From the human T2T-CHM13v2.0 reference genome, Homo sapiens: 64,000 bases of DNA. This document shows, piece after piece, positions 29,536 to 42,115 of this stretch. Location: the NCBI RefSeq assembly GCF_009914755.1, contig NC_060927.1, one strand, 5' to 3'. A program made the translations under genes and the position numbers. How positions within the stretch are numbered: the stretch's first letter is position 1; each line of letters starts with the position of its first letter. Below the pieces are notes generated by a model. The model saw nothing but the letters and a program-made list of their open reading frames with translations, made no database searches and was not told the DNA's origin.

Positions 29536-32500
29536 ACCTCTTCATTTTATATGTGAGGAAACAGACTCAAAATAAAATATTCTCCAGAATGTTACATATT
29601 AGGCTATTAAGTGATAAACCAGCGATTCAGACATATCTGTTTCCAAATCAGAACCTGTTTCATTATCTTTCTTTAAAGTAACTGCTCTCATGAATATGTA
29701 CCAGAAGCATACTGCCAGACTCTGTATTGGGCACTATTTATATATCATCTCATTTAATTTTCTTCAACAACTCTGCAAAGAATGACTAATTTCAATTAAC
29801 AGATAAATAAACTGAGTCTCATTAAAGAAATTGCATGAGATTGCTAAGTGGCTGAGGCAGGAGATAAACCCACATGGGTCTAACTCTACAAATCTAATTG
29901 GTCCACAATCCAGGAGTGGCCAGGCAGGACTGAAGGGTCGGGGGCCGCACAGTGCCTGTAAACACAGCAGCTCATTCACTGACCTCCTGTAAGTATCTCT
30001 TTCTACCACCTGGAAGATACCTCCGTTGAACAGAAACTGTACCAGCAGTAGAGGGAAGAGGTTGCCTTCTGCATGGACTTTGTACAGAGGCCCAGCACTG
30101 TCTCTGGGGTGGATTGAATACTAAGTGAAAGGGCTGCTCTTTCATTCATCCTTGAAGCGGTTGAAAGATGCTGCTGAAAAACAACCTCTGATGAGTCTTC
30201 TGAGTTTCCCAGGTGGGGGAAACCCACTCTGCGCTGCTCACGTGTGCATAACAGAGATGCTCCTCCATCACCATGGCAACACCGAATACACCCGCATCCC
30301 ACAAGAGGCCAGAGCTTCTCTGTGGGGAGCTGTGGTCCTAGCTGGGTGGGAGTAGGAGTGGGGTATACTGCGGGGGAGGGGTGTCTCATCAGCTAGATTA
30401 TTTTTGCTAGAGGTTAGCTTGTTTCTTGGGCAGAAATGTGTACACAAGGTCCTTGCTATATCAAGCCGCTGATGACCGCAGGACTCTGGGCAGAGGGAGA
30501 TGGCTGGAACGCTTACAAGGAGGTCATGTTATTTCTCCTACAGCTTCTGATAAATGCATTTATTAGGCAAGCTGATGATGAATGGCAACTTTCTTAGCGG
30601 TCCATCAGTACATCCTAATACAAAATCTCATGGGCTTTGCAGACAGCCAGACCTGCCTTTTAGCTCTGCAAATTTTTAGTTCTAAAATCTTATGTTAGTT
30701 CGTGTAACCTCTCTGAGCCTATATTGCTTCACTGGTAAAAAGGGGATATGTAACATCTCCCTCATGGGGGATTAAATCAGATAGCACATGGGCAGTTTCC
30801 GGCATGTGGTCAGCATCTAATCAGTTGCAGTTCTTACTGTGTCTCAACAATGTCGGAAAAATAGTGACTTGGTAAGGGGACCATTTCTAACTCCCTTAAG
30901 TCAGGGTAGACTTGGAATTAGAATTCACGTCGCCCATGCTTCTCTTGGGCACGCCTGTTTCTCTCTCTCTCTCTCTCCAAAACCATCTGCCAGTGTTCAG
31001 TGTTTGTTCCACAGAGGCTGCCCCTGTATTCCCTGGTTCAGCCTGGTGATATCAGGTGCTGTTTTCTCCCTGGGGGGCTCCGCCCAGAGAATCTGGCAAC
31101 ACTAGACCTTGGGGATCACCTAGCTCATCTCCCTCTGCTTCATTTTCCAGGCCAGATAATGGAAGCTGGGAGAGAAAAGTAAAGTGCCTTGTTCAAGGTC
31201 ACCCAGGAAGGTAGAGGCCATTCATTGAACTGGTTGTTGCATTTATTTTAGCAAGTACGACTAAGCCTGAGAGTCCCTGCAAGAAGGTCAAACTCACGCC
31301 TGTCTCAATTCTTTTGGGTGTTTAGTGTTGGGATAAGTGTGTGTGGGGAGAATCCTTTTTTCTATTTTAGTTGTAGTGGTAGTGAGCTCTGTGGTTCCCT
31401 GCGAGTCAGAAATATTAATAGCTAACATTTGCACAGGCCTTTACAACTTATAAAATACACTCATATACTTGGTCTTCTTTAGTACAATAGTCCTTCAAGA
31501 TAGTTATGATAATTATCATCATTCTTTTACAAATGAGGAAACTAAGGCTAAAAATGACTCACTCAAAGTCACACAGTTAACATGAGGAAGATTTATGGGG
31601 AATTGAACTTATATTTGTGTGATTTCTAATTTTAGCAAACTGGCCCAGCTGACATGGTCACCTTTTGAGAATTAATGTCAGGGCATAGTTGTCCTCTGCC
31701 GACTCTATACCGAGGTAGAAGAAGGTATCCACAGGCTGCTAGCAGCATTGTCAAGAAGGACCATCTAAATGGAGATGACAAACTCTCATCATTGGGGTCT
31801 CCAAAATGACAGGTAACAAGATGGTGTAGAAGGCAATAATGATGCCTCTTCTGGTACAGCTTTGTCCCTTTCAAAGTGCTTTCCAGATTATTTTATGAGA
31901 GGCCCAAGTCAGGCAGACACTTTCATTCTCCATTTGCATATGAGGCCCAGAGACCAGAGCAACTTGTGTAAAATTGCAATGCCAACTAGTGATGGAGCAG
32001 GACTAGGATGTACAATTTCTGAGTTCCAGATTCTTTCTACTTTCCTCTACAGCAGGCGAGTCTAAATGGGGTCCCTGACCCTGGGTAGTGAGCAGGAGCC
32101 AAGGATGTCATGGTTTCCTTTCTTATTTGGGAGGAAACCCAGACAACAAGCATTTTGCCAAGTGGCTCCATGCACCAGGCTTTCCTTTAAGCTAGGTTTC
32201 TGAGCTCTGCCCTACAGAGACAAAATTGCTCCTCAGTCATGTACCCAGCCTCTCTCTCTGTGAGCTATCTCAGCTGCACTGTTGCTCAAGGGAAGAGAGA
32301 AATCAGGCGATAAAGCATTTAAATTGGTGCTTGATTTTAGCAGGATTCTTTCATCTGCAGTTGCCAGATGCTTAATTGTGTTCAAAATTCAGTGGGAAGA
32401 TAAAGATTACAAAGGAAGGATCTCAAAGAGTCCTGGGCTTCTAGAACTGGAAGAGACCTCTGAGATTCTCACAGTGAGAATCTCAGTGGCTAAGTCAGAC

Positions 32501-33822
32501 ACTGAGGGATGAAGAAAGGTGGGAGAGACCCCCTACACCGATTGCTGTGGGAGAAATGCCTTCTACCTGGAGATGACGGGAAAATGCTGGTTGGTCTTAA
32601 GAGGGAGATAGGTAGAAAATTTCATATTTTATAGACATTCCTGAGTCCAAATCCAGTTATCCTTTCATATTCCAGGTAAAAGGTAGGCGACAGAGTAATA
32701 GTGCTATGTTCTACCTGTATCGGGAACCCAGATCCACAGGTAAGGATAAGGGAAATATTGTCATTACAGCCCATTTATAATAAGACACGATGCACTGCAT
32801 GTTTCTGCAGCATGCAAAAACACTTCTTGGCAAGGACTCACTGCAAGCCGGAAGATACTGATTTAAGCAGATGTGATTTACAGTTGTACTAACTAATGAA
32901 AACTTCTGATCATACACAACTGATCAATGACCACTTATGCCCAATTATATGAAAACAGTCTGTTCCTCCACAAGAATAATATTCTTATTAAAACCTACCA
33001 GAAAACAATGTAATAAATTAATGGAATATTTGATAAACATTTTTAAATGATCTTGTAGGCCTCCATGGTTTCTATGAAGGGCTCTAAAATAACATTTTAG
33101 AGAACATTCTGATCTAGCTCCCACAACTGGGTCACTTACTATGTGTTAGAGGCTTTGTAGATCATTCTGAGAAAATCAGAAGACAGAATCCCTCACCTTG
33201 AGGGGCTTGCAATCTAAAAAGAGAAGCTGGACAGACACTAGCAACATAAACATATGCATAAGTACAGCCTCTCAGAGCCACCCCTACAAACACTAGAATG
33301 CATATGCCAGTGCCATGAAAAGCTCAAGAAAGACAGTGAGAAACAACACAGACAAGGTTTTTGCCTTCAAGGAGGAGATTCAAGAAGTTCAAAGGGATAG
33401 CCTTTGCTCTGGCTATCCTTTTTACCTTGGCTGCCTTCTCCATCCACTCTTTCCTGCCTGTCAGAATTCCGCCCATTTTATAAGGCCTGAGCCTTTCTTT
33501 CTCTGTGAAAATTCCTGTCCCTGAGATCTCTTCTTCCTCTGGCTCCTTTAACACTCACTGCCTGCTCTACTTTCAGGTCACTCACAGGCTGCTCTGCTAT
33601 TGCTAGTTATGTGTTCACATGTTTATGAGCTGTCTTCTTAAGAACTTGGGTTTCATTCATCCCTGAATCTCCTTTACCCTCCTGTCCCTAGCATAATGGC
33701 TTGCATGTATTAGGCATGAAAACACGTCTGTTAATTGGTTGATTTTAAAAATATATGCATATACTATAAGCTTAACGGTTGGGGAAATTACTTACTGAAA
33801 TATTATTTTAAAAAACCTATCA

Positions 33823-34198
<376 letters not shown>

Positions 34199-35733
34199 TT
34201 AAGTTTATTTAATTATGTTATTAGTGACTTATCAGTTTTATTCTCCAATAAACACAAAAACCGAGTTGGGTAAGATTACAGTTCAATTCTCAAACAACTG
34301 AGTCCTTATTACATGCCAGGTCCTGTGTTTGGTGTGAAGCCCAAAGATAACTAAGACATAATCCTGTCCTAGAAAAGCTTACATTCTAGTCACCAGAATA
34401 TTGTATGATAGTTTCTTTGGGGTCTATGACAAAGCCAAGCACAGGATATGGAACACTTAGCCCGCCCTGGAGGATTGACGAAAGGCTTCCTGGAGGAACC
34501 ATCAACTTACATACCTTCTCCATGCCTTCTCTGGCTGCCTGCCTGCCTGCCTTCTTCACTTTTCTACTGGTAAACATAGCTGCCTCAAGATCCACCTCAA
34601 ATGTCACCTCCTCTGAGAGGCCTTCCTAAGTCTCAGAGGCAGAATGAGTCCCTCCCTCCTTAGGCCTCCTAACCCTCTTTGCCCAACTGTATGATAGCAT
34701 TTCTCACATCTTATGTGGTTCCTGTGTCTATCCTCCCTCCATCCCCCAGCCCACATAGATCATGAACTTGCAATAGACAAGAGCCACTTCCCATTCATTT
34801 CAGCCTTTCCAGCTCTTACCACTGTGCCAAGCATGTAGTAGATAGGAAGACCACTGTGTTATTATAGTTGACTGGAGACTTCTCTGATAGCACCGGCTCA
34901 GAGCTGGATTGTGTATCTCTAGGCCCTGAGTTGAGTGCCAGCTGGGATACAGGAAGCAAGAACTGCCCACCAACATTAGTGACAAGCCACTCCCTGACTC
35001 CATTCAGCCCAGTACATACTTACTGAGAACCAATTGAAAAAAGAATTCAGGCATCACTACTGGAATACCTACTGCTGTGTACCAGATGCTTTACATACAT
35101 GATCTCATTTACTCCATGTAACAACTCTGGAAAGGGTTACTTATTCCTTTTTATCAGCTAAGGAGAGAGGCTCACAGGGGTTATTGATCCAGGGTCACAT
35201 ATCACCCGGGGTAGTCTGCTGTAAAGCCTATCTGCTGTGTCCTGCTCCATTACAACACAAGGGAAAGTATATCTAATGAGAGATGAAAACTAAAGGTCCA
35301 AGAGTCACGCAAGATTTAGAGAGTGCACATGGGAAGGTGGCCATCAGAAATGTCTTCACAGAGGTCAAGGCAACGAATAAAATGGAAAAAACAAGTAGAA
35401 AGATCTTGAAGAGATGTCCTTCTTGGTATAGCACTGGATGCATCAATGCATGCTAGGAAAGAAACACGGTGGGGTTGGGGGATCCTTAGATATCCCTCTT
35501 GGGGTGGAGACCATGTCTCCAGTCTTCTCTTGGTTTTCTCTCACTGGTCAGTGAGGAGGGGGAGAGAAGTACATACTGTTGTTGTCCCTAGAAGTGCAGG
35601 AGTGAAAACACACCCCACCCCTCCTTCCATGACAGAGTAGAGAGGATCTGTTTCTCCCCTTTCCTCTCCCTCGCCTTGGAGTAAGGAGGCTGCCTTCCTC
35701 CCTAGAAGAGGTATTTCTTTTTTGTCTCACCAT

Positions 35734-35736
<3 letters not shown>

Positions 35737-35807
<71 letters not shown>

Positions 35808-35808
35808 T
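35737..35808. repeat. Compound microsatellite (GT)19(GC)8(GT)9
   Basis: Read directly: 72 nt of uninterrupted purine-pyrimidine alternation. Confidence 0.97.
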
Positions 35809-36129
35809 TAGTAACAGCGGATTATTCCCTTCCCCCTCTTCTGGGGGCTGGGGAGATGACATCTTTCTCCCCAGCGTTGGGAAAGGAGGTGGTTCTTTTC
35901 CTCCTCACTACAGGGTGTTCGTGCTTGTGTGCGTGTGTGCGCGCGTGATTGGGATGACTCCTTTCGTTCTCACCTCCGCATAGGGAGGCTGACACCTCTT
36001 ATCCTTCCAAAAGGAGTGGGGTCGGTTTCCTTCGCCTCCATTTCAGCTGGGACACGGCTCTTTTTCTCTCCAACCAAAAAGATGGTGGGGCCTCTGGTTC
36101 CTTTTCCTTCCCCTGGGGAGAAGGCCTGG

Positions 36130-36188
36130 CTCCCACGCCCTCCCCGCATAGTCACGCTCAGGTTGCTGGAGGCCTGGGTCGCCCCCTC
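36130..36188 (-). promoter_or_regulatory. Two EGR1/zif268-like sites
   Basis: CTCCCACGC 36130-36138 (GCGTGGGAG on -) and CGCCCCCTC 36180-36188 (GAGGGGGCG on -); each is an 8/9 match to GCG(T/G)GGGCG. Confidence 0.55.
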
Positions 36189-36238
36189 CTGCAAGCCCCG
36201 AGAGTCGCCAGACGCGCGGCTAGGTGCCCTCCGTGAGC

Positions 36239-36302
36239 GGGGCGGGGCCTCCTCTGCGGCGCGGGGCGGGGGCTATCTCTGGCCCCGCCCCTGCCCCGCC
36301 CG
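36239..36302. promoter_or_regulatory. Cluster of four Sp1/KLF GC boxes in the proximal promoter
   Basis: GGGGCGGGGC 36239-36248, GGGGCGGGGG 36263-36272, GCCCCGCCCC 36282-36291, GCCCCGCCCG 36293-36302. Confidence 0.75.
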
Positions 36303-36508
36303 CTCCCTCTCCGCGAGCGTCGCGCCGCGCGGCTTGCCTGGCCCAGTCCGCCGCTGCTGTCTGCGGGGTCTGGCGCCGGGGTCTGAGTCTCTGCTGGCTA
36401 AGCCGCCGCCTCAGCCGCCTCAGTCGCCTCAATCTCGCCTTCCGCCCTCGCTCTCCCTCCGCGCCACCAGACCCCGTAGCCCCGCGCGCCCCCAGCCCTT
36501 TAAGCCAG

Positions 36509-36897
36509 ATGATGAACTTCCTGCGGCGCCGGCTGTCGGACAGCAGCTTCATCGCCAACCTGCCCAACGGCTACATGACCGACCTGCAGCGGCCCGAGCC
36601 CCAGCAGCCGCCGCCGCCGCCGCCCCCCGGTCCGGGCGCCGCCTCGGCCTCGGCGGCGCCCCCGACCGCCTCGCCGGGCCCGGAGCGGAGGCCGCCGCCC
36701 GCCTCGGCGCCCGCGCCGCAGCCCGCGCCGCAGCCCGCGCCGACGCCGTCGGTGGGCAGCAGCTTCTTCAGCTCGCTGTCCCAAGCCGTGAAGCAGACGG
36801 CCGCCTCGGCTGGCCTGGTGGACGCGCCCGCTGCCGCGCCCGCAGCCGCCAGGAAGGCCAAGGTGCTGCTGGTGGTCGACGAGCCGCACGCCGACTG
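36509..36897 (+). CDS. SYN2: Synapsin II coding exon 1 (domains A and B, start of domain C); phase-2 donor TG/gtaggt, intron 1 runs past the window end
   Basis: Translates to [43 protein letters not shown]...[21 protein letters not shown]...[13 protein letters not shown], the synapsin II N-terminus with phospho-site 1 (RRRLS). Canonical GT donor at 36898. Lies inside the track ORF 36224..36901. Confidence 0.98.
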
Positions 36898-39800
36898 GTA
36901 GGTGCCGGGCGCCTTCGCCCTCGGGGGTCGGGGTCCGCCGGCAGCCGCAGGCCAGGAGAGGACGGTCCCAGGTCGCCGAGGAAACGTTTCAGACCAATAA
37001 AAAGGAGGGTCCCCGAGGTCCCGCTGGGAGGAGGTGGGGGCTGAGCGCGCGCGCGTTTGCGGGGTGAGGGAGGGCATCCATCAGCCCGGAAAGGCGAACC
37101 CAAAGCTAAAATACCCCTCAATTGCCCCAGGTCCCCCAGGTCCCATACAAGAAGGAGCTACTTTATGCAACAGGAAAGGCCCTTAGGAAATAGTTTTTTT
37201 GGGGGTAGAGGAGGGGACACACTTGTTAGCTTAGACACATAAAATCTGAAGTGAAATAGTCCCAGGAGGCCGAAGGAACATTTAGGGCCAGTAAAAAAGG
37301 TTTAACTTCATGAAGCACGGAGTGAATTTGGAATGGAAATTGGTATTTTGGAGGGAGAAGGTGGTGGTGGGTTTTTTTTAACCAGGACCCATGAAGGCTG
37401 ATATCAAGTATTGACATCAGGTTGATGAAATCACACATGTAGTGGCCCAGGTGTACACGGGCTTGTTCCCCGGAGCATGGCTGAAGTCTCTTTATGAATA
37501 ATAAAATTGTTGTATTTTGTGCAGCAGGGAGGGGACGTGTGGAATTTTTTTTTTTTTTTTTTGATTGCTTGTTTTTCTGAAATGTGCGTGGTGGGGGGCG
37601 GGGCGTGGAAGTGAATGGTAGCTTTTTCTAGCTGAAAGATGAAGACCTTGGTAAAATATACTGGATCATTAAAGGGGTACAAATAAAAGGAGACCTGCCT
37701 TAATGTAGTAGATGGGAAACTTCAATAATTTTTTTTTTCTTCTAAAGAGATAGGTAGCATGTTTCCAACTTAGAATGGTGAAGGCTGCTGCTTGGTAAAA
37801 GTACGAATGAGGTCCACTGAAGACAAATTAGTTAAAAGCGGCTCTATTTTATAGTTAACCTAGGGAATGGTGGGATGGTGAAATTGATAGGTGAAGGGCT
37901 TGGAGAAATGAAGAGGCCGAGAATCTGGGGGTGCCTTTTCTCCAGGAATGTGAGCAAGGGTTTTGTTTTTTTTTTTTTCTCATAGGGGTTGAGGTTGGAG
38001 ACTGGACCTGAGTGTTCTTCCCAGGAGGGGTGCACAGAGAGACCACAGAGCTATTTCTCTCCATTTCCTCTTTTGGCTGCTTCACTGCTTTCTCTCTCTA
38101 GCATTCTCTCTTTGGGAGACCCAGAGGGAGGGAGTGCTGGCGTGTGGGTGTGGTGGAAATGAGATGCAGATGTGGAGATGCCCTCCTGCTGGCTGCTAAT
38201 GTCACCATTCTGAATAGTCCTTTGGGTGACTTATGTGGTTGGCCTTTTCAAGAGAGTAGAGTAGAAAATCCGAAAGGACTTTTGCCAGGAAATGACAAAG
38301 GCACATGGAAGAGGGTAATGGGGAAAGTGTAATGCATATGATAGTGCCACTGGCAGCCCTCCTTAGAATTACTCTGACTCAGTTCATATCAACAAGTGCT
38401 TATTACGGAGGAAGGGAAGGTAACCAAGCTAGTAAAGGTGCTCAGTCAGAGCATCCATTATATGCCAAATGCTGTACTCTCAGCATGATATCTCATTGCA
38501 TTTTCTTCACAAAACTGAGGCTTAGGAAAGGTAAGTAATATGTTTACAATCATGTAGCCAGCAAGTGGTAGAAGCAGGATTTGAACTTAGGCCTGTTTGA
38601 CTCCACTGCTTTCATTCCACTGTGTTATATTGCCTCACTATTATTATTAGCAATATTAATAACAAGCTCCCTCTAGGCAGTGTGGGGGCCTTTTAAGAGA
38701 ACTCACTCAAATTGGGACACAAAGTGGATACATGAAACAGTTAAAAAGAAATCTAGAATTATTGGTTGAGACTAGTGTTTCAGGCAGTCAACAAATGGAG
38801 TGGTTAGTGAGAGCCAGAGTTATTGGAGAAAGCTTCACAAAAGATGAATCTTGAAGAAAGGCCAAGAAAAGGAAGAGGAGAAATGAGAATGACATTCGTG
38901 CTTTATTTTTCTGTGCAGGAATTTGACCCTTCTGTACCTTGTCCTGATTTCTTATCCTATTAAATGCACTTGTTTTGAGTCTTATTGCCAGTTAGGTATC
39001 TATAGATAGGTACTGATACTTATTTGTATGGGTATGATGAAGCTGCTGCAGATTTCTGTTTAGTTATAAATGCTTCTGTAGCTTAAGATTTGAAACTCTC
39101 TTTGGATAGTATTCTCTAGGAAGCCTATTTGGCATAAACTAGAGAATTTGCCTTGCCCTGGAGACTAGAAGCCTCTGATGGAAGTCATAGAAGCCACTTT
39201 CCCGTGGGCTGACTCCCAACTGTTTTCCTATTTTCTCTGAAGTAATAACATTGATTTATTAAAACTCATAAGCCCAGTTCAAGTCTAGTTCTTGACAACA
39301 GTTTTTTGCTCCTGTGTTTCTGTGCTTAATAGCAGTTCCCAGAATTGCTCTTCTAATATGGGCCTAAATTTGTCAAAAAATCTCAGTTAAAAATTGATGA
39401 GTGGTTTTATTGAAAAGTCTCTATGAGTTAAGGAGCAGGTGCTTGCCGTGACAAGCGCAGTGACTTACACAGGTGATTTTTGCACTGAAGACTGATTTTA
39501 GTAAAATTGTCTCACAGTTTAAGCTACCTAGATAGTATTCAATGAGTGATATCGTATATGCCCTATATTATTTTTCTGGTGCTGGAATAGGAAGTCAGAG
39601 TGTAGACTCATTAGAACTTAAGAATATTGGTCCCCTCTGAATTATATAATGCTAAAATAAAAAGAGTCTGAACAAGCATTTAAATAGCAAGAGATGTAAA
39701 AGAAGGGCTTAAAATAAGCAGCCTCTCAGAGCATCCTTAATACAACAGCAGTTTCCTTTGAATTTCTGTCATTGTAATTGTGGGCAATTGGAGACCCCAC

Positions 39801-40414
39801 CACTGACCAGGTTGATGGGAAAATTGGAAGATGTTTTTCTTTTGCTGGAAATGTTTTCATTGGTTGTTTGAGATCTTTAGATTAATCGCACACTAAAAGA
39901 TCGTTGAAAAATTTATCTGTGCCATTAAAAATTGAAATCAAGCTCTTTATATACCTTATTATTTATTATTAGTATTTTGTAAATATTGTCAGAAAATGTC
40001 CTCTTTTAAGGTTCATGGCTAAATTTGAAATGCAATTAAGATTGCACTTTAATGATCGTGCTTAAACAAGGAACAGGTGTTTATGTTGTTTCTTCTGTGT
40101 GTTATACTCTCACCAGCGAAGAGATACGTTTTCTCTCAGATTCTGTCCTGCCTTTGTTCCGGAGATTCTGACCCCAGTGATCAAGTGAGCTTTTCATCCT
40201 GGCATGATGTTTCAGTGTTTGATTCAGTATAGCACAGGTACTCTTGAGTGTCCAGACTGCAGATATAAGGCAACAGATATTTATGAAGCACCTTCTCTGT
40301 ATAGGGGATATTTACTAAGAAAAATGAGACACAGTATCTGCCATCTAAGAGCTTGCTGTCCAGATAGGTAGATAAGATAAATACTTTTGAAAAAAAATTT
40401 ACTAAAAAGTAGGG

Positions 40415-40560
40415 CCTTTGGATCAACAGCATTGGCATCAACCAGGAGCATTTTGAACTGCAGAATCTCCAGTCCCACCTCACACCTACTAAGTCAGAAT
40501 TTGCATTTGAATAAGATCCCCAGGTGATTCATAATCACATTAAATTTTAGATGCACTTAG
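40415..40560. mobile_element. MER5A-type MITE
   Basis: ggatcaacagcattggcatca...gcagaatctc...tcagaatttgcatt...aagatccccaggtgattc. Confidence 0.75.
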
Positions 40561-41767
40561 CTGAAGGATATGCCATTAGTGCTAAGGGTATGGCAATAAC
40601 ACCAACTACTGTCATTTATTGAACAACATATGCCAGATTTACTAAGCTTTGTACCAATCTCATTTACTCTTTACATAGCAGTGTAATACTGCAGAAGTTT
40701 AGAAGAGTTAAGAGATGGATCTGGGCTAGAGTGGGAATGGAAGGTTTCTCGGAACAAGTGAGGTTTTAACTGAGCTCGAAGAATTGGAATCAAAAGAGAT
40801 AGGTTTGTCTCAGTCCAGACAGTGGATAGCATAAGGAAAGTACAACTGCAGAAAAGAGGGGGACAACGAAGAGACTAGATTGATGCGTTATCTAGGCGGT
40901 ACCTGTCTCCATTCTTTTCTAGCCAGCCTTTGAGCATTTCATCAAGAATAGAGGAATTCAAAGTACTGCAGTCTGCTTGAACCAGTGCTTGTGAGTGGCT
41001 CTAAAAAATACTTGAATTTGAACTTGAAAGAACACTCAAATAAGGTTTGGGGCTTCTCTTTGTTTAATACTTTAAGCGTCTTATTTCTAACATAAATATA
41101 CTGATTGCACAGAATTTGATTGTTCATAGCAGCAGTTGCCTGTACTTTAGAATTCTCAGATATTAGAGCTGAAAGATCATCTGAGTTACTTTATAAATGG
41201 GGAAATCTCGATCTCGAGAGGGGATGTGGCTTGTTCAAGGTTACTCACTTAGCTAATGGCAGAACCAGAACTAGAATCTAGAACTTTAATCTCTCTACCA
41301 TGTTTTTTTTTTCCCAACTCTACCACAGTATCCCTCCATTTTTACTATTTTCTACCTTTAACTTTTATATTTTTCCATCCCTTACTATCTCAAGGACTGG
41401 TGGGGACTTTTAGTCTCATAATGATAGCATTTAAACCTGAGGGAACCTGAATCATCATCTAGCCTAGAGAAATGGAACATTTTGCCCAAGGTCAAATGAG
41501 AAGTTAGTGAAAGAATGGGAACTAAAACTCACATCTGACTCCATTTCAAGTTTCTTTTTACTCTTAAGTCGCTCTTTGAGATTTCTCAAATTCTTTTTCT
41601 CCTGAAAAATACTGTTTGTGTCGGCTTCTTTTAAAGACTCATCATGGAGCTGTTAGTAAGTGCTTAAAAAGACCATGTAAGCACGCTCTCACACTATTAG
41701 TGACACCAGCAATTACACTATTCCTTGTTTGTGTTCATTTATGTTATTGTTGTTTCAGCAAAGTTCA

Positions 41768-42115
<348 letters not shown>

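Larger units (their letters stand above)
36120..37070. promoter_or_regulatory. SYN2: CpG island spanning the SYN2 promoter, 5'UTR, exon 1 and start of intron 1
   Basis: Very GC- and CpG-dense against a CpG-depleted background; no canonical TATA box. Boundaries judged by eye. Confidence 0.93.

Noticed and set aside
36994-37005. CCAATAAAAAGG as an SRF CArG box
   Set aside because: Eight A/T bases lie between CC and GG; CArG needs six.
35929-37121. 371-aa + strand ORF and several 115-168 aa antisense ORFs over the CpG island
   Set aside because: Low-complexity Arg/Pro/Ala/Gly translations, often from non-ATG starts; expected from stop-codon scarcity in GC-rich DNA overlapping the real exon.
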